A stretch of DNA of 64,000 bases from Eledone cirrhosa (GCA_964016885.1 OZ024741.1:379750001-379814000); one strand, 5' to 3'. Shown: positions 14,552 through 29,395, counted from the stretch's first letter. Numbers and translations are program-made. Notes: generated by a model from the letters alone, not told the origin.

Positions 14552-14606
14552 ACTGTCTGAAGAGGTCACAGCCAAAGATGGCTGTCACCGAAATATATAT
14601 AGCAGT
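14552..14606 (+). ncRNA. Type I hammerhead ribozyme, intact core
   Basis: actgt CTGAAGA ggt-c-acagcca-aaga-tggctgt-c-acc GAAA tatata TA gcagt; palindromic stem III. Confidence 0.85.
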
Positions 14607-14612
14607 AATAAT

Positions 14613-14853
14613 TATTTTATTTTATTTTATTTTATTTTATTTTATTTTATTTTATTTTATTTTATTTTATTTTATTTTATTTTATTTTATTTTATTTTAT
14701 TTTATTTTATTTTATTTTATTTTATGTTATGTTATGTTATGTTATGTTATTTTATTTTATTTTATTTTATTTTATTTTATTTTATTTTATTTTATTTTAT
14801 TTTATTTTATTTTATTTTATTTTATTTTATTTTATTTTATTTTATTTTATTTT
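14613..14853. repeat. (TTTTA)n pentanucleotide microsatellite
   Basis: Read directly, with a short (TGTTA)n variant block. Confidence 0.95.
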
Positions 14854-15317
14854 CACATCTACTTCACATCTTCCACACTGAGAATCCCATTCCTAATTAC
14901 TTACAGCGTGACTTAATCACTAATAGAAACAAATGTGTCTGAAAAACAAATACTCCCATTCCATAATCAACGTGAATATCAGGTGATATAATTCAAGTTA
15001 ATATTGTAATGAAATTCTCTGAGAGAATATATTTTTCTCCATTCTACATCAATATTTCACAGACTTTTATTTTTACTGATTTTATTTTAAATATATTATT
15101 CATTACATTTCATATTCTATCATATTTTGCACCCATTGCTTTAGAAATACTCTCCTTACTCCCATCATCATCATCGTCATCATCATAAGCAGCGTCAACA
15201 ACATGTACATCAACGTAATCATCATTATTATTGGTATGGTTATATTTTCAGTGTGGAATTTCAGCAAGGGTTTACATAATTTAAATTATTGTTTTAGAAT
15301 GTGTATCTTGCTTGATA

Positions 15318-15472
15318 CAGTGGTTGGCAAGAATCTATACCTCCCTGTATGATCTGAGTTCAAATCACGCCGAGGTTAACTTTGCCTTTGATTCTTACGG
15401 GGGCCAATAAAATAAAGTACCAGTAATGCACTGGGTAATTGCTGGCCTTGTGCCAAAAGCAGAAACAATTAT
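15318..15472 (+). mobile_element. tRNA-type SINE copy
   Basis: Same body as 10998-11113. Confidence 0.8.
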
Positions 15473-16599
15473 CAACATCATTACCGTCATCATCATTTAT
15501 AACGCCCGTTTTCTCTGTTACCATTGCAACTAAGTCTCGTATGTCTGTAGGCGTAAGTATAAATTCAAATGAATTTAAAGTTCAATCGTAATATGTGTGC
15601 GCGTCCCTATATATATAACCAATATACGTAAACAGTACACGTATGCATGTATGTAATCTTTGTCAGAGCATTCTTCTAGATGAAGGCAACTCAGGAAACT
15701 GGGATAACTCCGATATAAAACCTGCAGCTCAGTAGTTACCGATGATGTTGATCTTTTCTTCTTTTCGGGTTATAGCTACTGTCGCTCAGAGAGTGAGATT
15801 GTCTTAGTGCACAGTCTTTCCTCACTTTAACAAAAATCTTCACGCAGAGGCATTGCACAATAGCATTAATTGTCAATTATTAATAATGTCATATCGTGCA
15901 TTGGCCATACTCGATAACGAGGGCGCAGCCATCATCATGTATGTATACATACACAAACACTTACAAGGATGTGCACTAATTAATAAAATGATACACAGAA
16001 GACATAAGACTAGGCAAAATATGAGTCCTCTGATGTAAAGGTTTGCACTAGTACAAATATATCAGAGTGTGTATAAATGTATGTACTGGTGGGTTTGTAA
16101 CTATATATGCAGCATTGAAAAATTGACTATTTTTATTGAAATATATTAGGATGTTCGATACATTCTTATTATGACCGGTTAAGCTATGCATGTCTATTCT
16201 TTCATGTTTATTACTTCATAATCTTGCAAAAATTGAGGAAAAATAAAACTATTGTATGTCTACGTTGAAACATGTTGCTTTATATTTTCAGCTTTACAGT
16301 CCTACATTAGACATAACAAGACTTTAAGGTAACCTAGGAGAAACGGGAAAGAGTCAGTCAGTTTTCGTGTGAGAGAGATGGCACCTATATATTCTTCTAT
16401 GTAACAGGTGTATAACCATGGTTGAGACCAATGAAATAATCGAAGATTTCGGACTCAACATAGCAGATGATTATGTTGGCGTAATGGGTCTATTCCTATG
16501 TCAATGATCAACTACTTCACTTGTTGTTTGATCTTATCTGCGCAGAAATGGCTTAAAGAGGGAAACGGTACGTCCAAGCAGCTGAAGGTGATGTGATAG

Positions 16600-16900
16600 T
16601 GCAAGGATAGCAAATTGTGTTCATCTCGAGGAAGATTTGAAAGGTCCAGAAGCCCTCGTTATGAAGAATAATTCTGTAGTGATATTCGATGTTAAGTATG
16701 AACAGGAAAGCATGGGCCTGGTTGAAATGTGAAAGTGTCAATGAGTTATGCTGTGTTATTCTCATGTATAAAGGATGTTTTGTCTTATGCAGAAATAAGT
16801 GCCGTTGTGCAATTACAGATGGAGACAATGAGGTAAACAGACTTGACGGGGTTGTGTAATGTTTGTTTGAGGAAGTAGATTGCAAAGGTGCTGGATGTGC
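16600..16900 (-). pseudogene. Possible heavily decayed GIY-YIG (PLE 3') remnant
   Basis: VYLIVSICNC and TKHPLYMRITQH in adjacent frames resemble a GIY-YIG motif. Confidence 0.3.
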
Positions 16901-18114
16901 GGACGATGATGTTGATGGTAGTATGGCGTAGAAGATAGGATATGATATATATGTTCCGAAACCAGGAGCCAGTCAAGGTTCAGCTTACCCCTGCTTCATT
17001 AATTCTACGTGATTGAGAGATCTAGGCACCGATCTAAACGGACCAAAGCGTAAACGCTGTTCTTTTTTCTTAAAACCATGTGCATTTTCGTCAGTCCTTG
17101 AATAGTATACGAATCTTTAATCTTATCAGTAATATTTTTATGTAAATTAATGACAATAGTAAAAAAAAAAAATCATGTAAAATTAAAAACACCAATATAT
17201 CAAGCATTAACTCTTTTAGGAACATTCTCGCATACGTACGATTTTATGTTTTGTTGGAGTTGAATAAATACATATCTATATATGTATTTATTGTGTGAAT
17301 AATATAGGGGTCTGAGGGTCAAGATGTATAGCGATGTAAGAGGGTATGTACACATGAAACGGTATATTAAAAAATAACAATAATAAATAATAATAAAATA
17401 AATTTGTTTTCACATTTGGTGATAGGGAAAACGGACTGAAAATAATATTCGGGTTTTGTTGTGAGTGTCAGTTAGAAATGACCTAAGTGTCATTGACGAT
17501 TAAAATGATATTGTTTTTTTTGTGTTAGTCAGATAGAAATGACTTAAGTGTCATTTAGGATTAAAATGATAATGTTGACAAAGCAATAAACTATTAGTTT
17601 ATTTTACAAATGAGGAGGGTTTTTTTCTGGTAGGACAGATGCATTAAGATATGTCACCTTATGGTGGTCGATGCATGATCAAAATGTTAATGAGAGAAAT
17701 GAATTTATATCTTACATTACTGAAAAAAAAAGTAATCATCTGGGACGTGGCTGGGATAATTACAAATAGAAGTCAGTATCCTGAAAATTTAGAGGAAGAA
17801 CTAAACCTGAGAGTTTAAATTAGTTGGTGTAAATCAAAATGAGACTTATGACACTTTTTTATGATAGTGAAAGTGAAATGATAATGGTCGGATAGAGATG
17901 ACCTAAGCGACATTGGTTGTTAAAATGATACAGTTGAGAAAGCAATAAGATGTTGGTGTATTTTACAAACGTTTATGTTAGGAAATGTTGATTAACCCTT
18001 ATTGCGGTGGATACAAGACAGAAAGAATGTAAATGGTAAGTGCATTTAAGTATTATGTTTCAGTGGTAAATGTCGAGATTATTTGAAAGGAAAGGATCAA
18101 CACACATAAACAAG

Positions 18115-18224
<110 letters not shown>

Positions 18225-18339
18225 CTTTTTTCAATGGCTTGGAACTTAGTCCACGCTTTGCTTTTTTCCATCCACTGAATTATTTTTGTATAAGTTCTCT
18301 GTGTCCACGTATTGCCTGGAAACTTAGCTGAGAATAGAC

Positions 18340-18417
18340 TTCCCTGATGACGAAAGGCTTCTCCGTACTTTTCTTCGGAAACTATGTTTATTCCCTTTCA
18401 GAAACAATTAGTTGGAG
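18340..18417 (+). ncRNA. Type I hammerhead ribozyme with extended stem III
   Basis: ttcc CTGATGA cgaa...ttcg GAAA cta-tgttt...aaaca-at-tag TT ggag. Confidence 0.6.
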
Positions 18418-18583
18418 TGAAATTTTAGTAAGTAAGTTAATTTTCATAATTCTCTTATTTTACGGCTGTCATATTATTGTTCTGCATTCCCATATATTGA
18501 ACCACAAACTTACTAATACAAAACCTATATATTTGCTGGCATAGGTATGCATCTGTATATATATATGTTAGTAGATATACTAA

Positions 18584-18631
<48 letters not shown>

Positions 18632-18644
18632 TTATATATGTATG

Positions 18645-18716
<72 letters not shown>

Positions 18717-18759
18717 AATATACATTTATATATATATATATATTTGCATACATATATAA

Positions 18760-18914
<155 letters not shown>

Positions 18915-19030
18915 GAAAAATTGAACAGGGACAGAACAGAGAGGCAGTACGATAAATGTTTATTAAATTCACGGTCAGGAGAGTGGGGGGTATAAATATA
19001 TATAATATAATATATATATATATGTGTGCC

Positions 19031-19066
<36 letters not shown>

Positions 19067-19264
19067 GACTTATATATATATACACACACACAAGCACACA
19101 CACATACATATATATAGAGAGAGAGATAGAGGCAGAGAGTGAAAGAGAGTAAGAGAAATATACAGAGACACGCCACACATATGTACAAACATACACGTAC
19201 ACACATTTGCATGAGTCCCATACCATACGTGGGAGTGCGAGCATGCGTACGCGCACATGTATGT

Positions 19265-21160
19265 TGGCACATATATGTGGATGAAGCAGTCGTCCAGATA
19301 TCTCTTCCAGTTCTTTTCTGTGTTGGCAGAAGTGGTTGCCGTATTTGTCTAGAACTTTGCGGTAGAGAATGTTTTCCAAATATCCCATGACAAGGTTGGC
19401 GTATGAGGGGCCTCTTTCGCGCCCATGGCAGTCCCAGATTTCTCTGTGTAGTATTTGGCATTGAATTCGAAGGAAATAACTGGAAGAGATATCTGTACGA
19501 CTGCTTCATGCTCTAGCATGAAAGTACAGATAGACTGTTTGAGTTCAAAACCCTTCTGAATGGGCTCAACACTAACTTACAATTCACAATGGATTACAGC
19601 CATGAACAACTCCCTTTCCTCGACATCCTCATCAAGAAAACAAGCAACAAAATAGAAACAGACATATACTACAAACCCACAGACGCCAAACAATACCTTC
19701 CATTCAACTCGTGCCACCCTAGACACACCAAAATGGCAATTCCGTATAACCTATCCAGAAGGATCTGCACAATAGTTTCAGATAAATACACATGCTACGC
19801 ACGACTAGAAGAAATAAAAAACACACTTATCAGCAGAAAATACCCACCATACCTAATCACCAATGGATTCCAACGTGCCCTAAAACTAGACATCCCGGAA
19901 CTCACACACCCAAACCCAGGAGTGAACCGCAACAAAAATCTCTACCATACATCTCCACACACAACCCCCTCAACAATGAGGCATTCGACACCATCCTCCA
20001 GAACATTCCTTTACTAAAAAGAGACCTAAGAATGAACAATATCCTCCGAACACCCAACATCATAAAGAGCAAAAGACAACCCAAATCCATAAAAAACATC
20101 CTCACACAAGCCAAAATCCAACAAACCCTCACAATGAACCCTACAGTAACGAAATGCGGAAGGCCCAACTGTGGCATATGCATAAATGTAATAGAAGGTT
20201 CAACATTCCATTTTAAACAAGGACAACGTTTCACAATTAAACACAACTTTACATGTGCTTCTGAAAACCTTATCTATGTTTTGACCTGCTCAGGTTGTCA
20301 AGCGCACTACATAGGACAGACACAAAACAGCTTCCGTCAACGTATGACCGTCCATAAATCACAAATTAAAATACAGGCATACAGAAAGATTTCATTTAGT
20401 GAACATATCGCCAATTGTGCTCTCAGAACATCCAAACTTTAAAATGTTTCCCCATTTACAAATCAATAGATACCAACGTACCAATAAGGAAACACATTTC
20501 ATTAATACATTTCAACCACTACTCAATGCCCTAAAAATCGGACCAATCTAAACCTGCAACAAACCATCAAACATTTACAAGATTTACCTCCCTCACACCC
20601 TACCTAATCCTTTTTCTTAAATAAATTAAATATCACCCAGCAAGAATTGCTTCCCCCTGCATATTAACTCTCTAAAAAGGGAAATCATATCAAACCATAG
20701 TCCACAACCTGCCTCTTTCACGATATTAACACATTTTGAACTGCTTAACTTCAATGACTGTGCTTGTAATTAACATTATTTTTTCTTCCAAATTGACTTT
20801 TTACGTTCCACATTTTGCACGTTTTATTTTCCTTTTTCTTTTTTATTTTCACTTCTTAAACCTTGTTTGTATATAACATTATTCTTTCTGCACCTTCCGT
20901 TTAACATGTGCGACACCACACTAATACATTTCACTATAATTTGATAATGCATATAAATGCTGAAACCGGTTATAGACAATAATTAAATATATAAATAGAT
21001 AAATAAATGCCATTGTTAAATAATAAATAAATCAACTAATACCTTAACACTTCACACAAAGTAATACATTTCGTTTTAATCATTTTCTAACCCAGAAAAA
21101 TGTGAGAGAGAAACAAAAAAGGAAAAAGAATATATTTCTTCCTCATAATCGTCTCTTTCT
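19265..21160 (+). mobile_element. Penelope-like element (Neptune-like), 5' truncated with 5' inversion
   Basis: LPFLDILI..TDIYYKPTDAKQYLPFNSCHP, CGRPNCGIC, NLIYVLTCSGC..YIGQT..RQRMTVH. 19265-19473 encodes upstream RT ([15 protein letters not shown]) on the minus strand. Decayed HHR near 20934-20975 (GAAA ccgg). Confidence 0.85.
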
Positions 21161-21213
21161 CCCTATTTTCATATACATATATATATCCTATCTCGTGTGC
21201 CTCCTCTCCACAT

Positions 21214-21340
<127 letters not shown>

Positions 21341-21855
21341 ACGTATGCATACTTACTTATATGTATCAGCTGCGCTTGGACGATAATTTGAATTATTATT
21401 TTATTTCCAATATTCGGTAAAGCCAGCTGTAACTTTCCCGTTGTGTAAATGAGGTAACTAGCCGATATATACTTAGGAAAATAATATATGGTTTCAACCG
21501 TTAAACACATTAGCATAGAGCTATACAGTCCTGATGACCCAGAAATATGTTGAGTGCCCCTCAAAGCCAGTGTCGAACAGGTGACGATCGGTCACTGGCA
21601 CGGCACAGCTCCTAATCGGGCTCGTTTGATTACAAACGAAGCGAACACTATCATTACTGTCCGATATAACACATACGTTCATATATGTATGTATACCATG
21701 TGTTTGTATATATATGGAGCCGTTCCATATTTTAATGTATGATAAAATGCTGCTTAACAACAAAATAGAAGAGTCAATTTTCTGTAGGCTCAAAGCAAAC
21801 TACAAACCATGATTCGATCCAGCATTCGAATTATGAAAGATCAGCAGCTTTATTG

Positions 21856-21900
<45 letters not shown>

Positions 21901-21960
21901 TAAAGTTGCTGATGTGTCATTAATCGTTTATTAATTCACTTGGTGGCATCCATCCTCAAG

Positions 21961-22667
21961 CAACAGCGATAACAACAACAATGCCAACAACAGCACCACC
22001 GCCCATCGCCCATATTGGTCATCGCAGTAGTAGTGATATTAGTACCCAGCTATGGCAGCGAGTGCATGCTTACCCGACTGTCACGCAGCGGCAACACTAA
22101 CAACAACAACAACACCAGTAATGAACACATAAAGGTGACGACGGCAATAAAAAAAGGCCCGGTGGTGCGCGTCGCTGTAAATACATTCTTACATTAATAA
22201 CAGTACTAACGTAACAATCATGAAATTCATCGCTTCCATCCTATGCCACAAAGCCAGCAACAATCACAGTTTAGAATAATTATTTATCACAATAGTAGTC
22301 AGTTTTAACTACATTGTGAATTGGCAGTATCGGAAGAAATCGGACGCCATGCTTTGCAGCACAGTTACGTCCATTTACGGACTGAGTTCAAATCCCGCCG
22401 AGGTTAATTTTGCCTTTCATCCTTACGGGGCCGATAAAATAAAGTACCAGTAATGCACTGGGTGATTGCTGGCCTTGTGCCAAAAGTGAAAACAATTATT
22501 ATTAATACTATCAACGGTGGCAACCAGGTGTGACAAAATGGGCTGCTAGACTGGCGCTCGGGTAAGGATGTGGTCGCTGCCATTAGCTGCGTACTAATAT
22601 CACTACAACTGCGACAACGAGTGTGGGTGATTGGCGGTGTTGGTGTTGTTGCCGTTATTGTTGTTGA
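21961..22667. repeat. ~130-bp imperfect inverted repeat flanking a SINE
   Basis: tcgcagtagtagtgatattagtacccagctatggcagcga...cttacccga (arm 21961-22092) versus its reverse complement in 22540-22667. Confidence 0.75.
22318..22503 (+). mobile_element. tRNA-type SINE, near full length
   Basis: A-box-like tggcagtatcgg, B-box gagttcaaatcc, shared body. Confidence 0.8.
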
Positions 22668-23398
22668 CCATGTTGTCTTGAGTATAGATGCCATAAAGTG
22701 TGTATATCGTCATACCTCAGAATTCCGTTTATTGCTGTGGTTGTTGTCGTCGTCGTCTGTTGTTATCGTTGTTGTTAGCTGGGAAATACTATCACTACGA
22801 CTGCAACGGCCAGAGTAGGCGTCGTAGGTCTGTGTTTTGCTGTTCCTGTAGCTGTTGTCTTGGATGTGGCTGTCAGCCACATCCAAGACAACAGCTAACC
22901 TCAGAGTTCCATTTGTTACTACCACTAATTACTGGATTTTGGCTAAGCATTGATAATCGTTTGATACATATTTGAGGGATTACCTTTCTGCTGATTTACG
23001 ACCCCAATTCCGTGGGGGATGCGTGAAACCTGATTTCGCCAATTAACACGTGGATAGCACTTTACTCCAGTAAACATGACGGCTGGGAGAACTTTTCAGG
23101 AACTCATATGTCTGTTGGGTACTCAAACAAAAGGACGTTTGTCTTTTCCTGCCGGCGGCATATCACACAATCGAATTTCATTTCAGAGTACTGTTCTCTT
23201 AACAACAACAAATGCACCAATTTTATCTTGATTGCATGGGAGAACCGTTGAAATAATTATAATGAATAAACGATTTATGTAACATCAGCATCTTTATGAA
23301 TGTTTTTATTATATTGAATCTCCATCGTAACTACAAACTACGAATGTTGAGAGTTTTCTCCTTGTTTGTCCTGTTTTTACCACAACAATCTGTTCGAA

Positions 23399-23568
<170 letters not shown>

Positions 23569-24911
23569 TTATCTATATATACATATACGACATATTTGCA
23601 TTTATATACTATATCTAATGATTCTTAGTTTATGAAAATATGGAAATGAAATTAGGAATTGTTTGCTGCTGAGAATATATGTAAATATTTCAATAAAATA
23701 TTTTAATAACATTTTAAGATAGAAATGTTATTTCACACTTATTGTAGGTGAGTAAAATTTTATTTCACACTTATTGTAGGTGAGTAAAATTTGTCCGAAC
23801 GATTTGATTTTCACTGTTCCTTCGTTTGTTTCTGATGTGTCATGGTTAAATAATTATGAAGAAAAATTATGCAAATTACAAAATACGTTTAAGAATATAG
23901 TTTGCTTAATAAGAAACTGAAATGAGAGAATTTATTATTTATTATTGCAAAATATTTGTTTCTCTGAATTCCTAGAAAATAATAAGAACGTTGGTGAAAA
24001 GAAAAAATTACTTAAGAAACAAAATGAAAATCAATTTACGATAATAATAAACCACAAAAAACATTCAAGCAAATAAACAAATGTGAAATTATATTAGTGA
24101 CTGTAGAAGGCTGGGTTTTTCCAGTCTGGAACAAATTGTGAAAAATTATTGTTGGCTTCTATTGAATGAATCGATGTCTGTTTAACACATATTTCACAAT
24201 GAAATCAAGATTTTTTTTTTATTCTACAGTATATTACGTATACATCTACATCTAGCTTTTTATTTTGGTTTGTTTGTATTTTGCTCTGAATAATACACAA
24301 ACACATACACACATACACACACACTCACACACACACACACGGATATATATATATATACATATATATTATATATATATAATATCTATATTATATATATATA
24401 AGATATATACGTTATATATTATATATATATACATTATATATATTTATATATATATATACACACACACACAACATATATATATTTGGATAAGTCTCCCGAA
24501 TTTAACACCTAAATTGAATTTAGTAACGAAGATAGAATATTTCATATACATCATTGTTTATGAATATTGATATGAAATTGTAGTTTTGGAAATTTATTAA
24601 ACAATAAAATACCATAATCATCATCTTCATTATCAATGCCGTTCTATTTATTTATTCATTTATTTATGTGTATATATTGAATAAATAAATGAAAGATGTC
24701 TAAATGTGGGATGATTCTGAAATGAGTTACATGTTCCGTTATGAATAACATTTGAATCGAACAAAACATAAATTGCAATAAAGAATCTTTTTTTTCATAT
24801 TAAGTCTGAAGATTACACTCATACACATACATACATGCACACACATACACATACACACACACACAAACACACTCACAAACACACACGCATACATGCATAT
24901 GTGCATGCATG

Positions 24912-24952
<41 letters not shown>

Positions 24953-24985
24953 AAGTGTGTAACTAGATTTTTTTTTTTTATTTAC

Positions 24986-25022
<37 letters not shown>

Positions 25023-26010
25023 TGTTTGTGTGTGTTTATGTATGTGTATATATACGAACAATATTAATTTAGTGTGTTAATCTACGATTGTTGAATTATA
25101 TAGATGTTTATATATTGATTTCTTACATAATTGGCGAGGCAGCAAGGAGATTTTGTTGTTCTTTTGGAATAGTTCTTTAGTTGATACTTAAAAAAACAAA
25201 ATATTACTGTCGTTTTAACATTGGACCACACATTACTAAGGAAACTGTATAGTCTATGTATTAAACCATATCACATATTAGTATATATTCTGATGACTCT
25301 AATAAAATGAATTTTGTCTAACAAGAGTGTTCGTTCAATATTCAGAAAATAAACCAAACATTATACCTATTCATGTCATGATCTATAATGGCAACATGTT
25401 TGCAATTGTATTGATATTGGCTTCTAACACAGGAACAAAGCCATAGTTTTATAGGGATGGTCGTTTAAGGTTGCATCATGTTTATGATAATTTCGAAAAC
25501 ATTAGGGATATTAATAACATGATAAATAAGGTTAATATGATTGTTCATTACATTAATAAAATACCACATAGCGCATCAAAGGGAACTCATCTACTTAATG
25601 ATTTCAGCAAAAATGTTATTTAATTATCTATTTGTGGATTAACCTTTTGATACTGTCCTGCTCAAAACTGTATCTAGTTAGACGATGTAAAACTACCCAT
25701 TTTAAAAGGTATACATTTCAATTAAAACTTTTGAACGCAATTTTAGTTTTGTTAAGGAATGTTACAAATAACTTCTTAATGATTAACTGAATAGTAACGT
25801 TAATAAATTATTCAACATTCTCCAATTATTAATTTAATAAAGTGTATTACATTAGAAATATCGTCACGAAAATGTTAGGAAACTGGTCAATGGCCCATGG
25901 GCTATTTTAGAACAATAATCAGGACAGCAATTAAATTATACATTGCATGCTATTTCTGTGTTGCAGTGCAGAAATGATATACTTGATTTAAATATTAGAT
26001 ATAGAAAAAA

Positions 26011-26205
26011 AATAACTGTTTCTATTTTGGGCACAAGGCCAGCAATTATCCCAGCAATGCGTTACTGGTACTTTATTTTATCGACCTTGTAAGGATGAAA
26101 GGCAAAGTTAACAGCGTTATGATTTTGAACTCAGGCCGTAAAGGGACGTAACTCTATGCTATAAAGCATGGCGTTCGACCCTCTCCTGATACTGCCAATC
26201 CACTG
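26011..26205 (-). mobile_element. tRNA-type SINE copy
   Basis: Reverse complement of the SINE body. Confidence 0.8.
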
Positions 26206-26599
26206 CTAAAAATAATGCTTTTTGAGTGCAATTCATATATATTTATGTGGGGGAAATGAAAGAGGTTCAGATTAATCATGATGCTATAAATATGTGTCCG
26301 GGCAATCATATACAAAACATATAACCACCTTTTTCTTTACCAGGCACATGTTCAATTATTTACAGAGTAGCTCATACATTTATTCAATTAACATTAATAA
26401 CATAATATGGATATATGTTTTTCATCAAAGTTGAACCTATGTGATTAATAGCAAATTGTTTTAAATATTGAGGGTAAATAAATTGCATAAGCTGCTGATG
26501 TTAAATTATTTTTAGTTTTTTATTTCACCTATATGTAAACATACATAGGGATCGTCTGTTTTTTCGGCCCAAAGAAAGAGAATGGTATTGATACTATAG

Positions 26600-26661
<62 letters not shown>

Positions 26662-26731
26662 TAAGTTAAAGCGTCAGTCATACAAAAGTGAGTTAGAAGC
26701 GAAACGAAATATAATTTCGTTTCGTTATTTG

Positions 26732-26792
<61 letters not shown>

Positions 26793-26838
26793 AAAGATTA
26801 ACAAGGTTCAATGAATTCATAAATGAATAAATGTATTA

Positions 26839-27845
26839 TCTATATATATAAAACTGTGGTTGTCTGTCTGTCTATCGATTTTTGGCACACATCTCCTCTT
26901 AGAATCTCACACGGAATTGCACCGAAATTGCTATACTTGTACATTGAGCCCTAGCGAAGACATCGGAAAAAAAATATTTCAAATTGACCCGCCCTATCTG
27001 ACGAAATCGAATATAATGTATCGATTTTTGAGCGTAAGTGATCAGTTATTTCCCTTTGTTCTGTTTACATTGAGCGTCTGCGTGCAAAAATTTAAAAAAT
27101 TTCGCTGGCTTTCTCAGCGTTTAAAATGACATTAACACAATAATTTTTACTTGAAAACAAGTCTATTTAAAGACTACCTAAAACAAGCAAATATTTCGTA
27201 AAAAAAAGCAAAAATTATATAAGTTTATTTAAAATATATGTATCTGTAAATTTCGTTAGGCGTGCAGTCAGTTTTATATATATAGATGATAAACAATAAT
27301 ATCCTCTATGAGGTCACTAAACCTGCTAGAAACAGCAGCTAACTCTCCCTCATATCACACCCCTTCCTACTGTCTTAAATTTAGAAAACATATCCTCTAT
27401 GAGGTCACTAAACCTGCTAGAAACAGCAGCTAACTCTCCCTCATATCACACCACTCCCTACTGTCTTAAATTTAGAAAACACATATCCTCTATGAGGTCA
27501 CTAAACCTGCTAGAAACAACAGCTAACTCTCCCTCATATCACAACCCTCCCTACTGTCTTAAATTTAGAAAACACACAGACAACCATGCAGAACAACTCC
27601 ATCGCAGCTCTGTTGTTCGGCTGGCATCGTCTACTCGCGTGTTGCGCAAGTACTGTGAAACAGTAAATTTCAACACTTTTTTGCACAGAGATAATATCCA
27701 TAGGCGAAACTACAATTGTCACTGCTGGCGCAGCTCATGCTTCCAGGTCTGCAATTCATTCACCCAGTGCCTGGCAGACAAAAAAGTGCTGCAACCTAAC
27801 TTTGGTAACTTAATGACCCCGAGCAACGCCGGGCTTTAATGCTAG
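26839..27845 (+). mobile_element. Non-autonomous Helitron, copy 1
   Basis: 5' A|TCTATATATATAAAACTGTGG, short (CTGT)n, 3' hairpin cccgagcaacgccggg then CTAG. Confidence 0.85.
27300..27575 (+). repeat. 3x ~92-bp tandem repeat inside Helitron copy 1
   Basis: atcctctatgaggtcactaaacctgctagaaacagcagctaactctccctcatatcac... three times. Confidence 0.9.
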
Positions 27846-28780
27846 TCTATATATATAAAACTGTGGTTGTCTGTCTGTCTATCGATTTTTGGCACACATC
27901 TCCTCTTAGAATCTCTCACGGAATTGCACCGAAATTGCTATACTTGTACATTGAGCCCTAGCGAAGACATCGGAAAAAAAGAATTTCAAATTGACCCACC
28001 CTATGTGACGAAATCGAATATAATGTATCGATTTTTGAGCGTAAGTTATCAGTTATTTCCCTTTGTTCTGTTTACATTGAGCGTCTTACGTAAAAAATTA
28101 CGCTGGCTTTAACAGTTGTCGAGCCAGCAAAATATTGACCTGCAAAATTCATCAGTTCGAATACTAAGCTTCCGTTTTGCTTCATTTCCATTTAAAAGCA
28201 TTTTAAAACAATATTTTTACTTGAAAACAAGTCTATTTAAAGACTACGTAAAACAAGCAAATATTTCGTCGTTAGGCGTGCAGACAGACAGTCGTGCAGA
28301 CAGACGGTCGTGCAGAGAGGTGATATAGGCGTGCAGACAGACAGTCGTGCAGAGAGGTGATATAGGCGTGCAGACAGACAGTCGTGCAGAGAGGTGATAT
28401 AGGCGTGCAGAGAGGTGATATAGGCGTGCAGACAGACAGTCGTGCAGAGAGGTGATATAGGCGTGCAGACAGACATAACTGATAATTTGGTTACGCTAAT
28501 GTTTTTCTCTGCGTTGCAGTGTTTACATTTTCGATCTTTGTTAATAAATAACCAGTGCAGTTTCTATCCCCAACATCCTCTTTTGTTATAACATTCGGGT
28601 TATCGTTATGTTTTCTTAACTTCATAAGGCATATTGTTGGTTGAGGGAATATTAATCAAAAACACCACATGCAAGTCTGCACAGTAGACACTACAGTTGT
28701 TAAGCCAAGAAAGAAACTTAACATTGTAACTTTAACACAGCTACTGAGCGACCCCGAGCAACGCCGGGCTTTACTGCTAG
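27846..28780 (+). mobile_element. Non-autonomous Helitron, copy 2
   Basis: Starts TC immediately after the CTAG of copy 1 and ends cccgagcaacgccgggctttactgCTAG|T. Internal ~37-bp tandem repeat at 28274-28475. Confidence 0.85.
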
Positions 28781-28962
28781 TATATAATATATTAATATTT
28801 ATTTATATAACTTTATACACATTCTAATACGCACCCTCTGTATTATATGCAATTTTTCATGTTTCAACTTAAGGTATGTAAATATTGAGATTTGTCATAT
28901 CTAATCACTGCCATGACTAAATTATAACCATCTACATAGTCAAGGTATGTCAAGCATCAACT

Positions 28963-29028
28963 TATTTTATCTGATGAGGACGTACTGTTGAAATAGCTCA
29001 GTACCTCTGAAATATGTATAATAAAATA
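28963..29028 (+). ncRNA. Type I hammerhead ribozyme, intact core
   Basis: tattttat CTGATGA ggacgtactg-...-cagtacctct GAAA tatgta TA ataaaata; related to the pseudo-LTR at 4030. Confidence 0.8.
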
Positions 29029-29070
29029 TATTTGATCACATGAATATCTATATTTATTAATATTTTGAAG

Positions 29071-29188
<118 letters not shown>

Positions 29189-29327
29189 GTGTACATATAT
29201 AAATATATATACCTATGTACGTAAACAGAATGATACTATCCATCACGTATAAAATGATATCTTATCTATTCATACAGCCACACACACATACATACACACG
29301 AACATATGTACACACACACACACGCAG

Positions 29328-29395
<68 letters not shown>

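Noticed and set aside
16285-16550. Possible host exon after tttcag
   Set aside because: No sustained open frame or recognisable homology; a host intron context cannot be excluded.
21526-21660. CTGATGA at 21531 followed by several hairpins
   Set aside because: No correctly placed GAAA/NUH with closing stems; at best a decayed motif.
23725-23792. ~33-bp direct duplication (ttatttcacacttattgtaggtgagtaaaattt)
   Set aside because: Simple local slippage duplication with no further structure.
25285-25345. CTGATGA with possible ctct/agag stem
   Set aside because: No GAAA after the stem and no stem I/III.
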